A stretch of DNA of 64,000 nucleotides. It comes from a virus. Lineage: Duplodnaviria; Caudoviricetes. Location: the IMG/VR virus record IMGVR_UViG_3300037722_001090, one strand, 5' to 3'. The translations under genes were made by a program, and so were the position numbers. Below are positions 27,901 through 35,695 of this stretch, in pieces (the first letter of the stretch is position 1; each line of letters starts with the position of its first letter). A model generated the notes under the pieces. That model worked only from the letters and a program-made list of their open reading frames with translations. It made no database searches and was not told the origin of the DNA.

Positions 27901-29396
27901 AGTATGTAAACCTTGACTGGACAAATGATAAGCAAATGGCTAATGCATATGCTTTAGGTTTCCTTAAAGAAGGTGTTGGTAAAATGTACGGAGGGACACT
28001 AAGCATTAGAGGTAACTCTAAAGTTGAACCACACGATAAAGTATATATTTGCGATTCAGTTAATAAAATGTTTGGATGGATAGAAGTAGAAACAGTAATA
28101 CATAAGCTAGACATGAATACTGGATTTACTACACATATTGTTCCAAACATGGTATGTTCAATTAATGATGATGCCTATACAACAACAAGTCAGTTGTTCC
28201 GTAAGAAAATGCTTGGCAGTGTAGCTAAATTAATTTTACATACAGCAGCCGCTTATCCTGCAGGTATTGCACTGACTGCCGTGTTAGCGCCAGTATTAGG
28301 CTCTGCCGCATTTATAGTCGGTATTGTACTTGGTACAGCTGCTCTTGGATATACTGTGTATCAATCAGCCAGTGCAATAAAAAGTAAAGCTGAAGCTATT
28401 ATGACCGAGGCTACAGCTAACGGACTTATAAAAGAAGAACAGGAGTATATTCAGCATAAGCTTCAAAACATACTAATGGTGTCTACTATGAAGTCATCTT
28501 TCGATTTGGGTATATTCTCACACTATGTATTGAAGTTTACTGGCGGACCAGGTAACATTAAAAGGAATGTTCTTGCATACACAACTAATACGGCAGAAAG
28601 AGCAGCGCTTATAGAAAAGGTTTCAGCGGGATCTAAGGCAAGGTTTGCAGTTGCAAGCAATTATATAGCTAAGCTCAGCAATAAAACTGGTGTTACCTCT
28701 ACATCAAAAATGAAGAAAATACTAGATGATGCAGCTAAAAAAATGGGAAGAGCTCCAATTAACTTTGACGACTACGAAGTAAAAATGGCTGCTGCTGTAA
28801 CACCAGAAGAAAGAGTTCTTCAAAGAAAGATGTTAGCTATAGAAATTGAAGATTTAGTTAAAGAAGCAGCTAATGATTTTTCTGACGATGTTAAGACTAA
28901 AATTACAAGCACAATAAACGATCCTGCTGCACTAGATAAACTAACAAACTCTTCAGTCATTGAACCTGAGATACCAAAAGCAGGAGATGGTAAGGTTAAT
29001 ACTAGAGCTGCCGCAGCTAAGCCATTTAAGCCAATAGCAACCAAAGCTAATCTAAAAATAGCAGCTGGTGGATTCTTAGCCTTCCTAGCACTTGGAGCCG
29101 AGTTATTACCTTTAGGTTTTGAAACTATTGCTATGAATGCAATGCTTAAGTCTAATGTAATATTTTGTTCACCATTAACACACAAGTCAAGTCAAATGAT
29201 GACTGGACTAGAAGGCTATATTAATCAGTCTTCTTATCTACACCTAGGAAGTATGATTATTCATGCTAAGGACTTTATGAATGATGCTATTGATTCTGTT
29301 AGGAATTGGGACCAGGTAGTACAAATAGGTGACTCTTCATATTCTAAACTTACAAATGTGTTCGGTAGATCAGTTGATGATCAGGGAGGTATGTAA
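21981..29396 (+). CDS. Giant baseplate hub-like protein with N-terminal staphylococcal-nuclease (SNase)-like domain
   Basis: 2471 aa. Residues ~45-201 contain VMDGDTIEL, LRYYGLDTKET, DAYKRTVAAI, LFVRNG and AATKGWGLW. The late region has a hub signature (MYGGTLSIRGNSKVEPHDKVYI...IEVETVIHKLD...GFTTHI). Followed by the spike gene. Confidence 0.72.
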   Translation: MAISNKEFIDVLKAEGLWPPQANAEAAYGAVEFPVGKLKIDGDASFTSIYVMDGDTIELHKPGYVFSTTGDHGTVPAEGMDGMATSLRYYGLDTKETAKEGTGKAAEPYANWQTRANLALFKYAERTGKNVDVTGYNQDAYKRTVAAINIDGTDVADLFVRNGISAAGTAAEAGFVPEGGITVRSLQESMNEAATKGWGLWNKNQIYDVLRDVNKETEYLDGYINDRFGKAKSMTDDTVKLGDVYLDIPPTHISINQLRTSYSTPQFGGESKPTSTSTARTTIKLNLIFNGEDSVNDDFKRIYWQFIYCPINLLYSKDIYEKVVSDNPYIARMNTATINTEESSSSKSSSYFIPVTMDSWTVYTIEGHPGSIGCTIQLSIFNYSAYFEGAGNGVEYYTYSDNPGKHGNAVRYTKHLEEAIHPYNQYIMKHLGNSIQHFDASDSRTLIFKVEDNKSRFEGKQEDINEDVSDLSEYLKVILESEVDELMVNGSVTFHNNFAWLPIIGYTQPTAQYIGPGETNMSLSIRTKNNKTISGLLATFGEMVLDRTKHTYYDDRYLVSNSLSRLCKASVCSLRNISITNVDHHPGWSDINIQLSKSSYADHQDEVNPAAEFDEYFGLQRLIKAANVDEVMEALERELKLADMTDISLPAEDDLLGQMCILSGIINAHSYISDEAYLGYNEILSNIRAFKATINDKDMKELGFSKPLMGDIKSLEVKGTDIIDRMFIQSLPISVKSDPKQMKAIVDFETYYNAKKKAGVVNEFDSFESALRGDNSKEGFELRAEMIDRYLPLDEMIDMTGTKNKIVDVNKHLFNAWEEYWGDRHTVRSLSSVYIKDLLASGVDTSVYDEEMENIVYRILRSISNEGMMLSYQKAWNPLALSMARGHAIVFKFTGTILEAQIIKAALRVGDETSSIIGEAASFGTHGSKARKFFSLQNNVKYPSISVKLTCHNKDVAYSEYSTSMSEASKEASWSLATAFRAKKSNDAISSFTGNDKINQSEVSKELALLREDMEDVAFSRIPMPHAAHRYFPFIDQYIKHSELFSASMGDWFRNTAEDDPYSFFEEVSETVENSVSPLMNNKGWTSTYLQKRYGNTYINKINEDINDPSKIMEALSLPVSSKDSSDRNKDGSLARLKDGKMDTSMPKFSKDMVTDLLGNYKYDEDIDNKPYSGTVHSGVFIAGFYDGAKDGKRAKDFRQNTYDTHSIWLDSDGAISGLYNKLNRNQLVPNGNMLVEASEARETNVASTLINGVGRSLAGPIDTSVKYAGVFKSTSLIMALNKNPKMFMIETDRIPPAQFALGPDSGLNIVQADEKILTMFVRAITSIHKGGSATDYKNIGWSDRASRHYAKVLVAEIKTKLRASGYSDSCIYYAKQSEVSAFVAQKEAISYEEGAPEEIFMRALRLRADSNLPVADFVDDHTKNIVARQSMASLMSTTCLENAFPTYKLYIIEEDTSDIRYFSLDDYYDLRTAQDLMIIKSKDNPVHILKGRIIVDPRYITVTDKVKQKVSKYNEDSEHELNEPSLQFIDTRLENYFNKGFTPLREGMRVCVKLGYHTDPRMLDTIFIGTITGLKGNMTSGVYELEAKGDGRELLSPPSPELRPNVSGKNFAEVISKILRTNPSIIHFGKTYGSFIEKFSRDHYTLLAIAKNGLLQGSSMAGGGLMGTIAVSLSMASPQRAMYKVGARVIAGIVGIGAGGLMAQLYSPVPYSLIQKSRDKFKHEALAQYSGHIFKGLWFSEEFKAANFSQAKKWIQGHTFDPAKAAREVAEISYNTLKYGNDPIDDNILAVDIWQTGMTPWKTFNMPVNGARTVWDILVDIKRMYPNFALDIRPYGNRSTLFMGPYESEMWRTDDPLQAMAPQLYQMSNGAPWADGQAYAEHTKAAIENMVTRDQFHNATPNTRNIAPREPFQRTHLVSSFSDIIMNGVRSTPYRGWNDVIVSYSKDPDDDDSPPIVNQVVNAQLDPKAKRTKYVNLDWTNDKQMANAYALGFLKEGVGKMYGGTLSIRGNSKVEPHDKVYICDSVNKMFGWIEVETVIHKLDMNTGFTTHIVPNMVCSINDDAYTTTSQLFRKKMLGSVAKLILHTAAAYPAGIALTAVLAPVLGSAAFIVGIVLGTAALGYTVYQSASAIKSKAEAIMTEATANGLIKEEQEYIQHKLQNILMVSTMKSSFDLGIFSHYVLKFTGGPGNIKRNVLAYTTNTAERAALIEKVSAGSKARFAVASNYIAKLSNKTGVTSTSKMKKILDDAAKKMGRAPINFDDYEVKMAAAVTPEERVLQRKMLAIEIEDLVKEAANDFSDDVKTKITSTINDPAALDKLTNSSVIEPEIPKAGDGKVNTRAAAAKPFKPIATKANLKIAAGGFLAFLALGAELLPLGFETIAMNAMLKSNVIFCSPLTHKSSQMMTGLEGYINQSSYLHLGSMIIHAKDFMNDAIDSVRNWDQVVQIGDSSYSKLTNVFGRSVDDQGGM

Positions 29397-29770
29397 TGAG
29401 TGACTTAAGAGATTTAGATAGTGGAGTAAATGAAGCTAAAGGAGATATCGGTAGGTGGCAAGGCATAAATAGTCAGGCCAGACAAGTCTCAATAGCAGAA
29501 GTAGTAAGTGAAGATACTTCAAAAAATATCTTTATTATCTACTTTAAGGATGATAAAGTTGAGGTTCCTGCAGTATTGTTGGGGAACCTCAACGGAATCA
29601 TTGGATCAGCTACTCCAGAGGTTGGAGAGTTAGTATTAGTGGTGCATAATGAAACATCAGATGCTATAATTATTGGACTATTGGATAAGCAAAGATCTAT
29701 TCCATGGGCAGATAACAGTAAGTCAAGTGCATATAATAAAAATGGCATTATAGGTGCAATGGGGAATTAA
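29396..29770 (+). CDS. Central spike N-terminal OB-fold protein (gp5/GpV-like)
   Basis: 124 aa right after the hub; SIAEVVSED...PEVGELVLVVH...AIIIGLL is the typical spike OB-fold pattern. Confidence 0.6.
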   Translation: MSDLRDLDSGVNEAKGDIGRWQGINSQARQVSIAEVVSEDTSKNIFIIYFKDDKVEVPAVLLGNLNGIIGSATPEVGELVLVVHNETSDAIIIGLLDKQRSIPWADNSKSSAYNKNGIIGAMGN

Positions 29771-29772
29771 TA

Positions 29773-30168
29773 ATGACAATTAAGAATACAGAACTCAGCA
29801 GCTTTGGCACACAAAACGACAAACAAGATCCTAGTCAAGCTCCTATGGTAAATCCGGATTTAGATGAAAGAAAGATATCAACACGCACTGGTAATGCACA
29901 AATTATTATTAAAGATAATATATTGCTATTATCAAATAGAGCTAATGGAATAATGATTAATGAAAGAGGAACAGTTGTATGTAATCCCTTACATATAGCA
30001 ACAGATCCATCTACTACTAGGATAAACTCATTCTGGGTAATTAATGACGAAATTATGACAGGATTACCATCAACAATTTATACACCAATGCCATTATTAA
30101 AATATAAACGTCCCGCAATAGCAGATCAGATTTCTGATTTAGCAAAAAAGCTTGCTGCAATAGGATAA
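29773..30168 (+). CDS. Putative spike-associated baseplate protein
   Basis: 131 aa with short beta-strand repeats (NAQIIIKDNILLLSNRANGIMINERGTVVC), between the spike OB-fold gene and the gp25-like gene. Confidence 0.4.
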   Translation: MTIKNTELSSFGTQNDKQDPSQAPMVNPDLDERKISTRTGNAQIIIKDNILLLSNRANGIMINERGTVVCNPLHIATDPSTTRINSFWVINDEIMTGLPSTIYTPMPLLKYKRPAIADQISDLAKKLAAIG

Positions 30169-30170
30169 GC

Positions 30171-30184
30171 GTTATTAACAAATA
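30171..30184 (+). promoter_or_regulatory. Candidate late-promoter/operator motif GTTATTAACAAATA
   Basis: In the short gap upstream of the baseplate wedge genes; matches 2440 and the minus-strand copy inside the intron. Confidence 0.35.
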
Positions 30185-30198
30185 GTCAGGAGTAAACA

Positions 30199-30600
30199 AT
30201 GCTAAGTATTTTAGATATGAAAACAGATAATTCTGATGATATCATTATTAATGGTGACATTGAATTTGAAAACGATACGCTTCTTTCTACAATAAAGACA
30301 GCTGAAAGGCGTATTACTGCTAGATATGATGATTTTCAACTGAGTAATATATCAGCTGGACTCGAGAGTCATGTATGGCATAGAATTAATGAGTCTACAA
30401 AATATGCGATCAGCGAAGACATAAAGCGTGCATTAACATTAAATGGACTTATTGGTTTAAATGAATATAAAACCATTCTTCTGGATGAACTTGCAGATGG
30501 TAGTATGCCTATTATCATTAAGTTCACATCACCATATATTTCATCAAACTACTCCTTTAGTACAATAGTAAATCAACAGAATCAGAGGTCTTATAATTAA
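30199..30600 (+). CDS. Baseplate wedge/sheath initiator (gp25-like)
   Basis: 133 aa; DMKTDNSDDIIINGDIEF...IKTAERRI...AISEDIKRAL pattern; directly upstream of the baseplate J-like gene; CAGGAG SD. Confidence 0.6.
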   Translation: MLSILDMKTDNSDDIIINGDIEFENDTLLSTIKTAERRITARYDDFQLSNISAGLESHVWHRINESTKYAISEDIKRALTLNGLIGLNEYKTILLDELADGSMPIIIKFTSPYISSNYSFSTIVNQQNQRSYN

Positions 30601-30601
30601 T

Positions 30602-31816
30602 ATGGCTACCTACAAAGATAAGCAAGACAGAATTTTAAAGGTTATGTCAGAGAGAGCTGGATTTTCTAGCCTAGTACCTGGCACAAAAGGCTATCAACTA
30701 GCAGAGGCGTTTGCATATGAACAAATGTTACAAGAGTCTGAAATTGAAGAGTTTACTAGAAAAAATAGTATCTTAACTGCTAAAAAGCAAGAGCTTGATG
30801 ATATTGGTGAGAATTTTTTTAACGTTAAGAGACTTGGAAATATTAAACCTTTTATTACGTCATCAATGAAAGCACTTAAGTTTTACGTTGATACAGCTCA
30901 GTCATTTGGCCAAATAAATGTCATAAAGCAGGCAGGCATTGAAATACCTCAAGACATTATAATCCCAGAAGGTGTAATTATAAGTGGCACAAAAGATGGT
31001 ATTGATTATAAGTTTAGAGTTTCAAAAACAACGATATTACCTAAAGATGATAATGTAGCATACGTGCAAGCAGAGTTAATGCAAGGTCCACTTGCACAGA
31101 TACCAGCGAACATATTAAAGATGCATAGTTTTACTAAATATACACAAGCAACAAGTAATATGCTTAAGGTTACAAATCCAGTTCCAGTTATGAATGGAAG
31201 GCAATCAGAGAGTGATGATAACTATAGGTTTAGAGTCTCTAATGCATTAAGTGCATTTCCAAGAACAAACACAACAGCTATACATCAATTACTAACTGAA
31301 CTTCCAGCTATATCTAACGTATATATAGAGCCATCATCTAATGGTGGTGGAACATTTACTGTATATGTACAAGGTACAACACCAATTACTGGGGATGAAA
31401 TAATCCGTGAAGCAGAGATGGTTCTTGAGCGAGTTATTAGTCCATGGATAGTATCTTATACTGTAGTTAAGCCAAGTTATATTGGTATTCAGGCATCTAT
31501 AGATATGGTTCTTAGAGATAGTTTTAACTCCAATATTACGTCTTTAATATCTCAAAAGGTAACTAATTATCTTGATAACTTTGATGGGGATACATTTTAT
31601 ATAAACTCCATATTAAGTCTTGTACAAGGGATGCATCAAGATATACTAGATGTATCATTTAACTATGTTAGGGTTTATTCTGGGTCAGAAGATATAAGAT
31701 CTTATGAGGAATTAGACTTTACCGTAAATCCAAACCCCATAATTAGCATTAGTATTAAAGAGAAGTTAATTTCAGAGCCTATCTCTAATCCAATTACATT
31801 AACTATAACGGTTTAA
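30602..31816 (+). CDS. Baseplate J-like wedge protein
   Basis: 404 aa with ELDDIGENFFNVKR, VTNPVPVMNGRQSESDDNYRFRV and GGGTFTVYV baseplate-J motifs. Confidence 0.82.
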   Translation: MATYKDKQDRILKVMSERAGFSSLVPGTKGYQLAEAFAYEQMLQESEIEEFTRKNSILTAKKQELDDIGENFFNVKRLGNIKPFITSSMKALKFYVDTAQSFGQINVIKQAGIEIPQDIIIPEGVIISGTKDGIDYKFRVSKTTILPKDDNVAYVQAELMQGPLAQIPANILKMHSFTKYTQATSNMLKVTNPVPVMNGRQSESDDNYRFRVSNALSAFPRTNTTAIHQLLTELPAISNVYIEPSSNGGGTFTVYVQGTTPITGDEIIREAEMVLERVISPWIVSYTVVKPSYIGIQASIDMVLRDSFNSNITSLISQKVTNYLDNFDGDTFYINSILSLVQGMHQDILDVSFNYVRVYSGSEDIRSYEELDFTVNPNPIISISIKEKLISEPISNPITLTITV

Positions 31817-31818
31817 AT

Positions 31819-34242
31819 ATGCTACAATATTCTATACAGGCAATTACAACTAAAAACATAGCACAATTTAAGTATGGTTTATATTCAGCGATGAGTGTTA
31901 ATATGCTAAAATATAATCATGATAGTTCCGCTATGATTAGGCTGTTAAGTTGCTTTACAGATACGTCTAATGAGGTACTTGAAGATCTTAACTATCAGTT
32001 TAGGTTAAACTTAAAGGCACTTGAGTTTATTAATATTGACAGGCTATGTGGCTATTTAATTTCATCTATACCTAACTTCTCTCTAGATAATCCAGAAGAC
32101 AGATTACTTTCAGGATATTCAAGGTACACAGATAAGTGGTATATACTTGGTAGTATAGACAAGAAAAGTGACTTTATTAGACATTCACTTCCAGTCGACT
32201 CTTTCTTTAGTTCTATGACTATAACTAAAAATACAACAAGGGTTATTGCTTATCCATATGCTAAAGAGCCGGTTGGCTTAAGTGTACAAAATAGCGCAGT
32301 TACCATTCGCCCTATATCTGGATTTAATTTACTTTCACGAGAAAATCAATATCCATTATCAATAACACTTTTTGGTATAGATATGTATGGTGAAGATATT
32401 GAAGAAGAGATATTTATTCAAGCAACTATCGATTATGTATCAGAAAAGGCATTTAGTAAAATTGAATATGTCATGCTTAAGAATTCTAAGTACGCTGTTA
32501 ATATAGATATCTATCCGTATATAAATGGAGAAATTGTTTTATGGGATAAGACGTTTATTGATAGAGAAGAGCTAGATGAACACAGCACTATACTTACTGT
32601 TGATACATTAAAGCAAAAACTTAACTTCAATACATTAAGAGAAAATAAAGGTGAGTATCCATATAGTTACGATATCAGTAAGACTGTAGATTTAGAGGTT
32701 GGGAACGATGAACTATCTATAGCACATTTTATTGATATTAATAATAGACTCCTATATCTATCAACAGAAAAAGAGACATCTGAACAAATAGAAATTCCAC
32801 AATATGAGCTAGATGATAATTTCGAACGAACAGGAGTGACGGATGCATATGAATATGGTTTATGGTATGGATACACTCCAGGTAGTCACCTATTAGAAGG
32901 CGGCAAAGTAAGACTTCATATGGAAGATCTTATGTCTACATATGAAATACAAGAATTATACTATGAGTGGCAGGCGGACCTTTCGTTTGAAATGAACTAT
33001 GCATTTGGCCCTGGAATTGGTAATGTAAATAGCTGGGTAAGAGTTATTGCTGGAACTACATATTTTATATGGTTTAATCTAAATAATGATGGGTCTATAG
33101 TAGCAAGAATTGAAAATGAATCTAGCGTTGAGACTCTAGACTTATCTCAATTTATAGATACACAAATGGGCACATTAAAGTTCTCTTTAGTGTACGGCAT
33201 TAGAGATGATGGCACTACAGGCCTGCAAGAGTATATGAAATGTATTTCTGAAGATGGTCTTACTGAAACATCAGAGTATATTAAAGGTAGTGCTCCTTTC
33301 TGGAAACAACCTGTACAACTTCGTGCCTGGTGGGATAGTATGAACTTCCAGGATGTAAAAATTCCAGGACAATATGATACAGTCATAAATATAAGTAATT
33401 TCAAGTATAATATACATCCAGCATCTTATGTTATGATAGCAGGATCTGGACCAGAGCCATGGTCGTTATATAATACACTAGATACAGTGGAGGATAATCT
33501 TTATTGTTATCCACTTATCGTACCTACTATACATGACAATACCTTAGATGCACGTAAGACAGCAAGCCAGTCTATAAAGATTGAATATATAGAAGACTCA
33601 GTTAATGAGCAGTTTATATTTTATGTATTTCCAACATCGAAGACATTGGATGTAGAGTTTTTAAACATACTAATAAATGATACAATATATGAACAGGATA
33701 TCTATTTAGATTTAATTAGAGAAAATATTGAAACTAACAGATTTATAATACCTTTTTCAGAATTATTTATAGATAGTGATAAGGCTATTGTAGAATTTAA
33801 AACATTCGGTAAAACACAAACTGTTCAACCAATATTAGTACACAGAACAAAGCTTTCTCCTTTATGGAAAAAAGACATAACTACATATGACCTAATGTTT
33901 AAGACAGCACCAGACATAACTGAAGAGTATGTATCACCAACTATTAATAGCAGTAGAATTCCTTACCTACCAATGGGAGCGTTTGGATGGGGTAAAGAAG
34001 GATATGGTGGTACTATAAACTGGAATAATGAAACAGGCATTGCAGAAGATGGTGTATTTGGTTATGGTGGATTTAAGAAACCTAATCCAAGTAAATTATT
34101 TAAGTTATCTAACGTAGGTAATGTAATGTTAGATGGATCAAGAATTGTTAATGTATTCAATAGTTTCTTTTATGATGACACAGATGATATGATAATTACA
34201 TCAGATACAATTACGCATATAACTTCTATTCCAGCATTATAA
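31819..34242 (+). CDS. Baseplate/tail structural protein
   Basis: 807 aa, beta-rich, in the baseplate operon; no enzymatic motif seen. Confidence 0.5.
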   Translation: MLQYSIQAITTKNIAQFKYGLYSAMSVNMLKYNHDSSAMIRLLSCFTDTSNEVLEDLNYQFRLNLKALEFINIDRLCGYLISSIPNFSLDNPEDRLLSGYSRYTDKWYILGSIDKKSDFIRHSLPVDSFFSSMTITKNTTRVIAYPYAKEPVGLSVQNSAVTIRPISGFNLLSRENQYPLSITLFGIDMYGEDIEEEIFIQATIDYVSEKAFSKIEYVMLKNSKYAVNIDIYPYINGEIVLWDKTFIDREELDEHSTILTVDTLKQKLNFNTLRENKGEYPYSYDISKTVDLEVGNDELSIAHFIDINNRLLYLSTEKETSEQIEIPQYELDDNFERTGVTDAYEYGLWYGYTPGSHLLEGGKVRLHMEDLMSTYEIQELYYEWQADLSFEMNYAFGPGIGNVNSWVRVIAGTTYFIWFNLNNDGSIVARIENESSVETLDLSQFIDTQMGTLKFSLVYGIRDDGTTGLQEYMKCISEDGLTETSEYIKGSAPFWKQPVQLRAWWDSMNFQDVKIPGQYDTVINISNFKYNIHPASYVMIAGSGPEPWSLYNTLDTVEDNLYCYPLIVPTIHDNTLDARKTASQSIKIEYIEDSVNEQFIFYVFPTSKTLDVEFLNILINDTIYEQDIYLDLIRENIETNRFIIPFSELFIDSDKAIVEFKTFGKTQTVQPILVHRTKLSPLWKKDITTYDLMFKTAPDITEEYVSPTINSSRIPYLPMGAFGWGKEGYGGTINWNNETGIAEDGVFGYGGFKKPNPSKLFKLSNVGNVMLDGSRIVNVFNSFFYDDTDDMIITSDTITHITSIPAL

Positions 34243-34271
34243 TAGTAAGAAATATAAAATAAGGACAATAT

Positions 34272-35063
34272 ATGGATTTCGGAATTTGGAACCACCTTGA
34301 CGAAATGGGGCTTTATTTAAATATAAGTAGGCTTGAATATGAAACTGATGAGGACTTTTATACTAGAATTAAAAAGTTTAGTAAGTGGAAATTCAAGACA
34401 GACTATTATACTCTCGCTCATTCTGTACCGTTACAGTTAGGTTTAGATACTGTAAATATGCTTGAGATAACTACAGTTAATGGTAAGAGATTTGTATGTG
34501 ATATAAATTGGGAATATTTTACACTTGAAAGCTTTAATGATGATGGATCATCATCAGAATATATTCGTATATATATAAATACACATGCTACTACTGTGCA
34601 AAAAGTCCTTGATATTATCAATACGTCTTCTATTGATTTCCAGTATATAATTTATAATAGTTCTTTTAATAGATATCCATTTAAAAATATCATTAGAAAT
34701 ACAAATACATTTATGTATAAAGATTATATTTCTAATAAAGCATCAAACCTTTCAAATAAAAATATCATTAAGAAAACTTTAAGATCTAATAACAATAGTG
34801 TAATTAACAGAGAGGTAAGCTCTCTTCTTGATTTAAAGAAAAAGGGCGACTATTTTGTAGATTATGAAAATGGATATATAGAAACATATAGTATTATAGA
34901 TGGACCAATTGATATTTCCTATCAATATTATACTCCTAGATTTATTCTAGAATATACAGATGTCAATCTTATTCCAGTAAACGTTATAGCCAAATACGGC
35001 ATCACAGATGACCTTATTGACATGATACCATTTATCTTAGCAAACCAGACATGGGGTGCATAA
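34272..35063 (+). CDS. Baseplate wedge protein (P2 gpI-like N-terminus)
   Basis: 263 aa starting WNHLDEMGLYLNISRLEYETDEDFYTRI, matching the LD..G...R...E.D..Y..RI wedge motif. Confidence 0.55.
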   Translation: MDFGIWNHLDEMGLYLNISRLEYETDEDFYTRIKKFSKWKFKTDYYTLAHSVPLQLGLDTVNMLEITTVNGKRFVCDINWEYFTLESFNDDGSSSEYIRIYINTHATTVQKVLDIINTSSIDFQYIIYNSSFNRYPFKNIIRNTNTFMYKDYISNKASNLSNKNIIKKTLRSNNNSVINREVSSLLDLKKKGDYFVDYENGYIETYSIIDGPIDISYQYYTPRFILEYTDVNLIPVNVIAKYGITDDLIDMIPFILANQTWGA

Positions 35064-35064
35064 T

Positions 35065-35694
35065 ATGCCTAATGTACAATCTTACAAAGTAAACTGTGCA
35101 GATATACTAGACTCAAATGTTGTAAATATATACAACCTAGGGCCTACATTATTATTTGCTATGGACATATTTATATACTCAAGAGTACAAACATCTATTA
35201 ACTGGATATTGTCTCCCAATACAGATGGTAGTCCCAAAATACAATTTAGAGTTGATGATAGTCAAACTTTCGATATTATGACTGGTTCTGAGGGAGAATC
35301 TTTTTCTAATCCAATTTCTTATTCTAGAAATACGAACATAGGACCAAATATTAAAAAGATCCCAACACACAATAAAGACTATCAAACAGACGTATCTTTT
35401 ATTGGTGGGGGTATGAATAGCTCTGCTGGATCTAACTGGTCATATAGGTTTCCTATTACAAATACGGAAAACGATATATCTTTACAGCTTCATAATCCAG
35501 GCCTAAATAATGACTTCTTAAAGCTAGAGATTTTAATATCTCCATCTACTGATTTTACGCTATTGAATAACTACATGAAAGATGTTACTATTACTGTAGC
35601 ACCATCACTCTTTAAAGGTCTCAAGTATTCATATTTAGACTATGACTCTGAACCAGAAACTCCAACAGCTATTTTAGAAGGTATAAGGTATTAA
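35065..35694 (+). CDS. Hypothetical structural protein
   Basis: Beta-rich ORF in the baseplate operon; ATG at 35065 follows a GGGGTG SD, shortening the called ORF by 3 codons. Confidence 0.45.
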   Translation: MPNVQSYKVNCADILDSNVVNIYNLGPTLLFAMDIFIYSRVQTSINWILSPNTDGSPKIQFRVDDSQTFDIMTGSEGESFSNPISYSRNTNIGPNIKKIPTHNKDYQTDVSFIGGGMNSSAGSNWSYRFPITNTENDISLQLHNPGLNNDFLKLEILISPSTDFTLLNNYMKDVTITVAPSLFKGLKYSYLDYDSEPETPTAILEGIRY

Positions 35695-35695
35695 T

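Noticed and set aside
10579-29396. Peptidoglycan hydrolase (lytic transglycosylase/M23) domains expected in tape-measure or hub proteins
   Set aside because: No such motifs were recognised by eye; an HMM search would be needed to exclude divergent ones.
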